A stretch of 64,000 bases of DNA from Leptogorgia sarmentosa (Eukaryota): positions 16,802,001-16,866,000 of the forward strand of contig OZ210885.1 in NCBI GenBank assembly GCA_964658305.1. Reading direction: 5' to 3'. This document shows, piece by piece, positions 53,220 to 64,000 of the stretch. The notes under the pieces were generated by a model that did not search any database, was not told the origin of the DNA, and was given only the letters and a program-made list of their open reading frames with translations. Each line of letters starts with the position of its first letter. Position 1 is the first letter of the stretch. The position numbers and the translations under genes were made by a program.

Positions 53220-53441
53220 CTGGAAAAAACTAGGGCAAAGCAAGTTCTTGCGGGCTAAATATTACAAAATGGCAGCTGGTATAGGCGCGAGCTGAAGGTG
53301 GTGATGCGTTTGATCACTTTGATCGTGGATTTTATTTCGCATGAATAACCAGATAAGAAGAAAATATAATGGCCGCAGCGACAAGTGTTAATTTTTAAGA
53401 ATTTACGTTTTTACAACACTATTTACAAGGGAAATTTATAC

Positions 53442-53562
53442 GCAAAAAAATCATGACGCAAATTATACATTGGCACCGCATTGCTGATTGCTTTTGAAGA
53501 TATCAAAGAGGTTTGCTATGGAATCATCGAAGCAAAAATATCATGACGCAAATTATGCATTG
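53442..53562 (+). repeat. 31-bp direct repeat pair, 90 bp apart, inside the insertion
   Basis: GCAAAAAAATCATGACGCAAATTATACATTG (53442-53472) versus GCAAAAATATCATGACGCAAATTATGCATTG (53532-53562), 2 mismatches. Confidence 0.85.
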
Positions 53563-54717
53563 TATTACCTTGAACACAGCGAATATTTAAGGTTATGAAA
53601 AAGGTTTATGTCTTGATACAACACACAATTGCGCATATATTTTCCCTACGATACTTTAGCGTGTCGGCACTGACACACTGTACATGCATGTTTGGACTGC
53701 CCGTGGTCTCATCGTGATCACGGAATATCTACTATATTTTGACGCTTCGTCATACAGAATGGTTGAAGCATTCAATCCCAGGAAAATAGATTTTGTAGCT
53801 TGTAATAAAACGGGTTTGTGCGTTTATTAAGCGCGAGACAAAACAAACGAAATAATATATAGTTTCAAGTAGCTATTCTGTTCTGAACCTACGCGCATAG
53901 CGACTAGGCAAATGCTGCATGAATGGACAGAATATACTGTATATAAATGTATCATTATTAATATATGGTTTTGAAAAGGGTAATTTGGTTTTTAGAAAGC
54001 CACATTTTTCACAAACAATCGCATTATCGCAAAGCGCTGTCTCTATTTTAAAGACGCAATAAAATGACGCATGAAATGCGATATCATATGTCGTCAATTT
54101 CAATTCCTTACGCAATTTGAGATGATCGCGCGAATTCCGGAATGCGAGATAGTCATGAAAGCTTATATCAAGTATTGAATACGTCTCACGTTTTAACCAC
54201 GCACAACCTCACGTCTTGAAAGGAATTAGTATTTGCGCTATTCGCCTATTCCCCAGCAGTAAACCATTTTATACATGCAAGATCACGTATTAGGGACAGA
54301 TAAGATGCGTGCATCGAAAAGCCGAAAACAAATAAGATTTGATCACCGTTGCTAACCAAGCTACATAGACGCAGATACATGTACACTTTGTGTACCTATT
54401 TTTATGTTTATAAAGAGCTATTTCAATCCTATTAAAGTCGATTCATACAAGTAGGCCGACAAAACGGTCAGGCAAAAAGACCTAAACAGGAACAGTGTAA
54501 TATTTATACGGTTTTTATCGCAACTGGTCCCGTTTAGATCTTACAATATTGCAATAATAAATATATACATTACACTTAACTTTCACCAACTAACTCATTC
54601 TGTAAAATTTTCATAATAATTCCATTTGTTTTTATTGATATCATTTTTGAGTTGTAATACTTTCGATGACTACAGCTTGCGCCAAGGCAGCATTTCCTAC
54701 CCTGTGGGTAACCTAGT

Positions 54718-57700
54718 TGTATGTGTGTTTGTAAGTAGGTTTGCTTTCAATTTCAACTTCAGGGTTTTGTTATTGTTACACGTTTAAAAAGTGTAACTTC
54801 CATCAACAAATGTCTACGACCATACCAGTAGGAAAATACCGGTTCTCGTCTGATCACCGAAGTTAAGCCTAGGTGGGCAAAGTTAGTACTTGGATGGGTG
54901 ACCACCTGGGAATACTTTGTGTTGTAGACTTGCTTGATTTTATTGTATGTGTGTTTGTAAATAGGTTTGCTTTCAATGTAAACTTCAGGGATTTTGTTAT
55001 TGCTACATCTGGAAATACTTTGTATTGTTGTTTTCCTAAATGTTATTTAATGCCTATTTGTAAATATAATTCCTTTCAATTTCAACTTCAGGGTTTTGTT
55101 ATTGTTACACATTTAAAAAGTGTAACTTGCATCAACAAATGTCTACGACCGTACGAGTAGGAAAATACCGGTTCTCGTCTGATCACCGAAGTTAAGCCTA
55201 GGTGGGCAAAGTTAGTACTTGGATGGGTGACTACCTGCGAATACTTTGTGTTGTAGACTTGCTTCATTTTATTGTATGTGTGTTTGTAAATATAATTCCT
55301 TTCAATTTCAACTTCAGGGTTTTGTTATTGTTACACGTTTAAAAAGTGTAACTTCCATCAATAAATGTCTACGACCATACCACTAGGAAAATACCGGTTC
55401 TTGTCTGATCACCGAAGTTAAGCCTAGGTGGGAAAAGTTAGTACTTGGATGCGTGACCACCTGGGAATACTTTGTGTTGTAGACTTGCTTCATTTTATTG
55501 TATGTGTGTTTGTAAATAGGTTTGCTTTCAATGTAAACTTCAGGGATTTTGTTATTGCTACATCTGGAAATACTTTGTATTGTTGTTTTCCTAAATGTTA
55601 TTTAATGCCTATTTGTAAATATAATTCCTTTCAACTTCAACTTCAGGGTTTTGTTATTGTTACACGTTTAAAAAGTGTAACTTCCATCAACAAGTGTCTA
55701 CGACCATACCAGTAGGAAAATACCGGTTCTCGTCTGATCACCGAAGTTAAGCCTAGGTGGGCAAAGTTAGTAGTTGGATGGGTGACCACCTGGGAATACT
55801 TTGTGTTGTAGACTTGCTTCATTTTATTGTATGTGTGTTTGTAAATAGGTTTGCTTTCAATTTCAACTTCAGGGTTTTGTTATTGTTACACGTTTAAAAA
55901 GTGTAACTTCCATCAACAAATGTCTACGACCATACCAGTAGGAAAATACCGGTTCTCGTCTGATCACCGAAGTTAAGCCTAGGTGGGAAAAGTAAGTACT
56001 TGGATGGGTGACCACCTGGGAATACTTTGTGTTGTAGACTTGCTTCATTTTATTGTATGTGTGTTTGTAAATAGGTTTGCTTTCAATTTCAACTTCAGGG
56101 TTTTGTTATTGTTACACGTTTAAAAAGTGTAACTTCCATCAACAAATGTCTACGACCATACCAGTGGGAAAATACCGGTTCTCGTCTGATCACCGAAGTT
56201 AAGCCTAGGTGGGCAAAGTTAGTACTTGGATGGGTGACCACCTGGGAATACTTTGTGTTGTAGACTTGCTTCATTTTATTGTATGTGTGTTTGTAAATAG
56301 GTTTGCTTTCAATGTAAACTTCAGGGATTTTGTTATTGCTACATCTGGAAATACTTTGTATTGTTGTTTTCCTAAATGTTATTTAATGCCTATTTGTAAA
56401 TATAATTCCTTTCAATTTCAACTTCAGGGTTTTGTTATTGTTACACATTTAAAAAGTGTAACTTGCATCAACAAATGTCTACGACCGTACGAGTAGGAAA
56501 ATACCGGTTCTCGTCTGATCACCGAAGTTAAGCCTAGGTGGGCAAAGTTAGTACTTGGTTGGGTGACTACCTGCGAATACTTTGTGTTGTAGACTTGCTT
56601 CATTTTATTGTATGTGTGTTTGTAAATATAATTCCTTTCAATTTCAACTTCAGGGTTTTGTTATTGTTACACGTTTAAAAAGTGTAACTTCCATCAATAA
56701 ATGTCTACGACCATACCACTAGGAAAATACCGGTTCTCGTCTGATCACCGAAGTTAAGCGTAGGTGGGAAAAGTTAGTACTTGGATGGGTGAGCACCTGG
56801 GAATACTTTGTGTTGTAGATTTGCTTCATTTTATTGTATGTGTGTTTTTAAATAGGTTTGCTTTCAATTTCAACTTCAGGGTTTTGTTATTGTTACACGT
56901 TTAAAAAGTGTAACTTCCATCAACAAATGTCTACGACCATACCAGTAGGAAAATACCGGTTCTCGTCTGATCACCGAAGTTAGGCCTAGGTGGGCAAAGT
57001 TAGTACTTGGATGGGTGACCACCTGGGAATACTTTGTGTTGTAGACTTGCTTCATTTTACTGTATGTGTGTTTGTAAATAGGTTTGCTTTCAATGCAAAC
57101 TTCAGGGATTTTGTTATTGCTACATCTGGAAATACTTTGTATTGTTGTTTTGCTAAATGTTATTTAATCCCTATTTGTAAATATAATTCCTTTTAATTTC
57201 AACTTCAGGGTTTTGTTATTGTTACACGTTTAAAAAGTGTAACTTCCATCAACAAATGCCTACGACCGTACGAGTAGGAAAATACCGGTTCTCGTCTGAT
57301 CACCGAAGTTAAGCCTAGGTGGGCAAAGTTAGTAGTTGGATGGGTGACCACCTGGGAATACTTTGCGTTGTAGACTTGCTTCATTTTGTTGTATGTGTGT
57401 TTGTAAGTAGGTTTGCTTTCAATTTCAACTTCAGGGTTTTGTTATTGTTACACGTTTAAAAATTAACTTCCATCAACAAATGTCTACGACCATACCAGTA
57501 GGAAAATACCGGTTCTCGTCTGATCACCGAAGTTAAGTCTAGGTGGGAAAAGTTAGTACTTGGATGGGTGACCACCTGGGAATACTTTGTGTTGTAGACT
57601 TGCTTGATTTTATTGTATGTGTGTTTGTAAATAGGTTTGCTTTCAATTTCAACTTCAGGGTTTTGTTATTGTTACACGTTTAAAAAGTGTAACTTCAATC

Positions 57701-60700
57701 AACAAATGTCTACGACCATACCAGTAGGAAAATACCGGTTCTCGTCTTATCACCGAAGTTAAGCCTTGGTGGGCAAAGTTAGTACTTGGATGGGTGACCA
57801 CCTGGGAATACTTTGTGTTGTAGACTTGCTTGATTTTATTGTATGTGTGTTTGTAAATAGGTTTGCTTTCAATTTCAACTTCAGGGTTTTGTTATTGTTA
57901 CACGTTTAAAAAGTGTAACTTCCATCAACAAATGTCTACGACCATACCAGTAGGAAAATACCGGTTCTCGTCTGATCACCGAAGTTAAGCCTAGGTGGGC
58001 AAAGTTAGTACTTGGATGGGTGACCACCTGGGAATACTTTGTGTTGTAGACTTGCTTCATTTTATTGTATGTGTGTTTGTAAATAGGTTTGCTTTCAATG
58101 TAAACTTCAGGGATTTTGTTATTGCTACATCTGGAAATACTTTGTATTGTTGTTTTCCTAAATGTTATTTAATGCCTATTTGTAAATATAATTCCTTTCA
58201 ACTTCAACTTCAGGGTTTTGTTATTGTTACACGTTTAAAAAGTGTAACTTCCATCAACAAGTGTCTACGACCATACCAGTAAGAAAATACCGGTTCTCGT
58301 CTGATCACCGAAGTTAAGCCTAGGTGGGCAAAGTTAGTAGTTGGATGGGTGACCACCTGGGAATACTTTGTGTTGTAGACTTGCTTCATTTTGTTGTATG
58401 TGTGTTTGTAAGTAGGTTTGCTTTCAATTTCAACTTCAGTGTTTTGTTATTGTTACACATTTAAAAAGTGTAACTTCCATCAACAAATGTCTACGACCAT
58501 ACCAGTAGGAAAATACCGGTTCTCGTCTGATCACTGAAGTTAAGCCTAGGTGGGCAAAGTTAGTACTTGGATGGGTGACTACCTGGGAATACTTTGTGTT
58601 GTAGACTTGCTTCATTTTATTGTATGTGTGTTTGTAAATAGGTTTGCTTTCAATTTCAACTTCAGGGTTTTGTTATTGTTACACGTTTAAAAAGTGTAAC
58701 TTCCATCAACAAATGTCTACGACCGTACGAGTAGGAAAATACCGGTTCTCGTCTGATCACCGAAGTTAAGCCTAGGTGGGCAAAGTTAGTAGTTGGATGG
58801 GTGACCACCTGGGAATACTTTGCGTTGTAGACTTGCTTCATTTTGTTGTATGTGTGTTTGTAAGTAGGTTTGCTTTCAATTTCAACTTCAGGGTTTTGTT
58901 ATTGTTACACGTTTAAAAAGTGTAACTTCCATCAACAAATGTCTACGACCATACCAGTAGGAAAATACCGGTTCTCGTCTGATCACCGAAGTTAAGCCTA
59001 GGTGGGCAAAGTTAGTACTTGGATGGGTGACTACCTGGGAATAATTTGTGTTGTAGACTTGCTTCATTTTATTGTATGTGTGTTTGTAAATAGGTTTGCT
59101 TTCAATTTCAACTTCAGGGTTTTGTTATTGTTACACGTTTAAAAAGTGTAACTTCCATCAACAAATGTCTACGACCATACCAGTAGGAAAATACCGGTTC
59201 TCGTCTGATCACCGAAGTTAAGCCTAGGTGGGAAAAGTTAGTACTTGGATGGGTGACCACCTGGGAATACTTTGTGTTGTAGACTTGCTTGATTTTATTG
59301 TATGTGTGTTTGTAAATAGGTTTGCTTTCAATTTCAACTTCAGGGTTTTGTTATTGTTACACGTTTAAAAAGTGTAACTTCCATCAACAAATGTCTACGA
59401 CCGTACGAGTAGGAAAATACCGGTTCTCGTCTGATCACCGAAGTTAAGCCTAGGTGGGCAAAGTTAGTAGTTGGATGGGTGACCACCTGGGAATACTTTG
59501 CGTTGTAGACTTGCTTCATTTTGTTGTATGTGTGTTTGTAAGTAGGTTTGCTTTCAATTTCAACTTCAGGGTTTTGTTATTGTTACACGTTTAAAAAGTG
59601 TAACTTCCATCAACAAATGTCTACGACCATACCAGTAGGAAAATACCGGTTCTCGTCTGATCACCGAAGTTAAGCCTAGGTGGGCAAAGTTAGTACTTGG
59701 ATGGGTGACTACCTGGGAATAATTTGTGTTGTAGACTTGCTTCATTTTATTGTATGTGTGTTTGTAAATAGGTTTGCTTTCAATTTCAACTTCAGGGTTT
59801 TGTTATTGTTACACGTTTAAAAAGTGTAACTTCCATCAACAAATGTCTACGACCATACCAGTAGGAAAATACCGGTTCTCGTCTGATCACCGAAGTTAAG
59901 CCTAGGTGGGAAAAGTTAGTACTTGGATGGGTGACCACCTGGGAATACTTTGTGTTGTAGACTTGCTTGATTTTATTGTATGTGTGTTTGTAAATAGGTT
60001 TGCTTTCAATTTCAACTTCAGGGTTTTGTTATTGTTACACGTTTAAAAAGTGTAACTTCAATCAACAAATGTCTACGACCATACCAGTAGGAAAATACCG
60101 GTTCTCGTCTGATCACCGAAGTTAAGCCTAGGTGGGCAAAGTTAGTACTTGGATGGGTGACCACCTGGGAATACTTTGTGTTGTAGACTTGCTTGATTTT
60201 ATTGTATGTGTGTTTGTAAATAGGTTTGCTTTCAATTTCAACTTCAGGGTTTTGTTATTGTTACACGTTTAAAAAGTGTAACTTCCATCAACAAATGTCT
60301 ACGACCATACCAGTAGGAAAATACCGGTTCTCGTCTGATCACCGAAGTTAAGCCTAGGTGGGCAAAGTTAGTACTTGGATGGGTGACCACCTGGGAATAC
60401 TTTGTGTTGTAGACTTGCTTGATTTTATTGTATGTGTGTTTGTAAATAGGTTTGCTTTCAATTTCAACTTCAGGGTTTTGTTATTGTTACACGTTTAAAA
60501 AGTGTAACTTCCATCAACAAATGTCTACGACCATACCAGTAGGAAAATACCGGTTCTCGTCTGATCACCGAAGTTAAGCCTAGGTGGGCAAAGTTAGTAC
60601 TTGGATGGGTGACCACCTGGGAATACTTTGTGTTGTAGACTTGCTTCATTTTATTGTATGTGTGTTTGTAAATAGGTTTGCTTTCAATGTAAACTTCAGG

Positions 60701-63112
60701 GATTTTGTTATTGCTACATCTGGAAATACTTTGTATTGTTGTTTTCCTAAATGTTATTTAATGCCTATTTGTAAATATAATTCCTTTCAACTTCAGGGTT
60801 TTGTTATTGTTACACGTTTAAAAAGTGTAACTTCCATCAACAAGTGTCTACGACCATACCAGTAGGAAAATACCGGTTCTCGTCTGATCACCGAAGTTAA
60901 GCCTAGGTGGGCAAAGTTAGTAGTTGGATGGGTGACCACCTGGAAATACTTTGTGTTGTAGACTTGCTTCATTTTGTTGTATGTGTGTTTGTAAGTAGGT
61001 TTGCTTTCAATTTCAACTTCAGTGTTTTGTTATTGTTACACATTTAAAAAGTGTAACTTCCATCAACAAATGTCTACGACCATACCAGTAGGAAAATACC
61101 GGTTCTCGTCTGATCACCGAAGTTAAGCCTAGGTGGGCAAAGTTAGTACTTGGATGGGTGACCACCTGGGAATACTTTGTGTTGTAGACTTGCTTCATTT
61201 TATTGTATGTGTGTTTGTAAATAGGTTTGCTTTCAATGTAAACTTCAGGGATTTTGTTATTGCTACATCTGGAAATACTTTGTATTGTTGTTTTCCTAAA
61301 TGTTATTTAATGCCTATTTGTAAATATAATTCCTTTCAACTTCAGGGTTTTGTTATTGTTACACGTTTAAAAAGTGTAACTTCCATCAACAAGTGTCTAC
61401 GACCATACCAGTAGGAAAATACCGGTTCTCGTCTGATCACCGAAGTTAAGCCTAGGTGGGCAAAGTTAGTAGTTGGATGGGTGACCACCTGGGAATACTT
61501 TGTGTTGTAGACTTGCTTCATTTTGTTGTATGTGTGTTTGTAAGTAGGTTTGCTTTCAATTTCAACTTCAGTGTTTTGTTATTGTTACACATTTAAAAAG
61601 TGTAACTTCCATCAACAAATGTCTACGACCATACCAGTAGGAAAATACCGGTTCTCGTCTGATCACTGAAGTTAAGCCTAGGTGGGCAAAGTTAGTACTT
61701 GGATGGGTGACTACCTGGGAATACTTTGTGTTGTAGACTTGCTTCATTTTATTGTATGTGTGTTTGTAAATAGGTTTGCTTTCAATTTCAACTTCAGGGT
61801 TTTGTTATTGTTACACGTTTAAAAAGTGTAACTTCAATCAACAAATGTCTACGACCATACCAGTAGGAAAATACCGGTTCTCGTCTGATCACCGAAGTTA
61901 AGCCTTGGTGGGCAAAGTTAGTACTTGGATGGGTGACCACCTGGGAATACTTTGTGTTGTAGACTTGCTTGATTTTATTGTATGTGTGTTTGTAAATAGG
62001 TTTGCTTTCAATTTCAACTTCAGGGTTTTGTTATTGTTACACGTTTAAAAAGTGTAACTTCCATCAACAAATGTCTACGACCATACCAGTAGGAAAATAC
62101 CGGTTCTCGTCTGATCACCGAAGTTAAGCCTAGGTGGGCAAAGTTAGTACTTGGATGGGTGACCACCTGGGAATACTTTGTGTTGTAGACTTGCTTCATT
62201 TTATTGTATGTGTGTTTGTAAATAGGTTTGCTTTCAATGTAAACTTCAGGGATTTTGTTATTGCTACATCTGGAAATACTTTGTATTGTTGTTTTCCTAA
62301 ATGTTATTTAATGCCTATTTGTAAATATAATTCCTTTCAACTTCAACTTCAGGGTTTTGTTATTGTTACACGTTTAAAAAGTGTAACTTCCATCAACAAG
62401 TGTCTACGACCATACCAGTAGGAAAATACCGGTTCTCGTCTGATCACCGAAGTTAAGCCTAGGTGGGCAAAGTTAGTAGTTGGATGGGTGACCACCTGGG
62501 AATACTTTGTGTTGTAGACTTGCTTCATTTTGTTGTATGTGTGTTTGTAAGTAGGTTTGCTTTCAATTTCAACTTCAGTGTTTTGTTATTGTTACACATT
62601 TAAAAAGTGTAACTTCCATCAACAAATGTCTACGACCATACCAGTAGGAAAATACCGGTTCTCGTCTGATCACTGAAGTTAAGCCTAGGTGGGCAAAGTT
62701 AGTACTTGGATGGGTGACTACCTGGGAATACTTTGTGTTGTAGACTTGCTTCATTTTATTGTATGTGTGTTTGTAAATAGGTTTGCTTTCAATTTCAACT
62801 TCAGGGTTTTGTTATTGTTACACGTTTAAAAAGTGTAACTTCCATCAACAAATGTCTACGACCGTACGAGTAGGAAAATACCGGTTCTCGTCTGATCACC
62901 GAAGTTAAGCCTAGGTGGGCAAAGTTAGTAGTTGGATGGGTGACCACCTGGGAATACTTTGCGTTGTAGACTTGCTTCATTTTGTTGTATGTGTGTTTGT
63001 AAGTAGGTTTGCTTTCAATTTCAACTTCAGGGTTTTGTTATTGTTACACGTTTAAAAAGTGTAACTTCCATCAACAAATGTCTACGACCATACCAGTAGG
63101 AAAATACCGGTT
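54718..63112 (+). repeat. Tandem 5S rDNA array, right of the insertion
   Basis: The spacer resumes exactly (TGTATGTGTGTTTGTAAGTAGG). The first gene is at 54812-54931, with the same 226/329-bp units. Confidence 0.98.
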
Positions 63113-63212
63113 NNNNNNNNNNNNNNNNNNNNNNNNNNNNNNNNNNNNNNNNNNNNNNNNNNNNNNNNNNNNNNNNNNNNNNNNNNNNNNNNNNNNNNNN
63201 NNNNNNNNNNNN
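63113..63212. other. Assembly gap (100 N)
   Basis: A run of exactly 100 N, a conventional unknown-size scaffold gap, with 5S sequence on both sides. Confidence 0.97.
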
Positions 63213-64000
63213 GTAGGAAAATACCGGTTCTCGTTTGATCACCGAAGTTAAGCCTAGGTGGGCAAAGTTAGTACTTGGATGGGTGACCACCTGGGAATAC
63301 TTTGTGTTGTAGACTTGCTTCATTTTATTGTATGTGTGTTTGTAAATAGGTTTGCTTTCAATGTAAACTTCAGGGATTTTGTTATTGCTACATCTGGAAA
63401 TACTTTGTATTGTTGTTTTGCTAAATGTTATTTAATGCCTATTTGTAAATATAATTCCTTTCAATTTCAACTTCAGGGTTTTGTTATTGTTACACGTTTA
63501 AAAAGTGTAACTTCCATCAACAAATGTCTACGACCGTACGTGTAGGAATATACCGGTTCTCGTGTGATCACCGAAGTTAAGCCTAGGTGGGCAAAGTTAG
63601 TACTTGGATGGGTGACCACCTGGGAATGCTTTGTGTTGTAGACTTGCTTCATTTTATTGTATGTGTGTTTGCAAATAGGTTTGCTTTCAATTTCAACTTC
63701 AGGGTTTTGTTATTGTTACACGTTTAAAAAGTGTTACTTCCATCAACAAATGCCAAGACGATACCAGTAGGAAAATACCGGTTCTCGTCTGATCACCGAA
63801 GTTAAGCCTAGGTGGGCAAAGTTAGTACTTGGATGGGTGACTACCTGGGAATACTTTGTGTTGTAGACTTGCTTTATTGTATGTGTGTTTGTAAATATAA
63901 TTCCTTTCAATTTCAACTTCATGGTTTTGTTATTGTTACACGTTTAAAAAGTGTAACTTCCATCAACAAATGTCTACGACCATACCAGTAGGAAAATACC
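63213..64000 (+). repeat. 5S rDNA array continuing after the gap
   Basis: Same units in the same orientation, with private variants not noticed elsewhere in the window. Confidence 0.95.

Larger units (their letters stand above)
52883..54717 (+). mobile_element. 1,835-bp non-autonomous rolling-circle transposon (Helentron/Helitron2-associated, HINE-like) inserted in the 5S spacer
   Basis: The net insertion is 1835 bp: the next unit is expected at 53038 and found at 54873. The 5' TGCTGCC (52883-52889) has inverted partners GGCAGCA both nearby (52920-52926) and subterminally (54686-54692). A 3' hairpin TACCC-TGT-GGGTA (54698-54710) is followed by ACCTAG(T). It can be read as a T|T insertion with no target duplication, has an internal (GT)n tract and has no long ORF. 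Confidence 0.75.
35238..60400 (+). repeat. Second copy of a ~29-35 kb higher-order block (paralogous to about 1-28200; right end approximate)
   Basis: Rare variants recur in the same order at offsets 35237 (214/35451, 2448/37685, 3831/39068), 33859 (7825/41684, 10578/44437), ~29177 (16267/45444, 19514/48690), 32340 (23088/55428, 24650/56990) and 32114 (25881/57995). Confidence 0.85.

Noticed and set aside
52976..54115. 85-aa (+) and 80-aa (-) ORFs inside the insertion as a possible transposase or cargo gene
   Set aside because: They are short, start at non-ATG codons, one runs through the GT microsatellite, and neither shows HUH, helicase, DDE or RT motifs.
52883..54717. Insertion as a 5S-specific non-LTR retrotransposon, SINE3, LTR/TRIM or classical MITE
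   Set aside because: It has no poly(A) or simple-repeat tail, RT remnant, 5S-derived head, LTRs or TG..CA ends. The inverted repeat is short and asymmetric rather than terminal at both ends.
1885..63323. Minus-strand ORFs (…YSQVVTHPSTN…LTSVIRREPV…)
   Set aside because: These are antisense translations of 5S rRNA, a well-known source of spurious hypothetical proteins.
63009..63323. ORFs spanning the N run
   Set aside because: These are artefacts of translating through the assembly gap.
214..63545. Repeated ~95-aa + strand ORF (MGKVSTWMGDHLG...)
   Set aside because: It starts at a GTG inside the 5S gene and runs through the AT-rich long spacer into the next gene. It exists only because of the repeat, is broken by frameshifts or stops in several copies, and resembles no protein family I recognise.
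1..64000. CRISPR array or prokaryotic repeat system
   Set aside because: The spacers are near-identical rather than unique, the repeat is a 120-nt eukaryotic 5S gene, and there are no cas genes.

Overview
The window is almost entirely a eukaryotic head-to-tail 5S rDNA array on the + strand, with roughly 245 copies (my estimate) of a 120-nt 5S rRNA gene. The sequence looks like an invertebrate animal, possibly a mollusc, but this is not proven. There are two main unit lengths, 226 bp and 329 bp (about 58 long units). The extra 103 bp of the long unit is a decayed, 5'-truncated 5S unit. Variant patterns show nested higher-order repeats of about 0.55, 0.68, 1.0, 2.2 and 4.7 kb, plus a 29-35 kb macro-duplication. 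Several structurally broken 5S copies have been co-amplified. The only non-5S sequence is a 1,835-bp non-coding insertion at about 52883-54717, just past a Pol III terminator. Its ends look like a non-autonomous rolling-circle transposon (Helentron/Helitron2-like). A 100-N scaffold gap lies at 63113-63212. I find no credible protein-coding gene; the listed ORFs are by-products of the repeat or chance ORFs.
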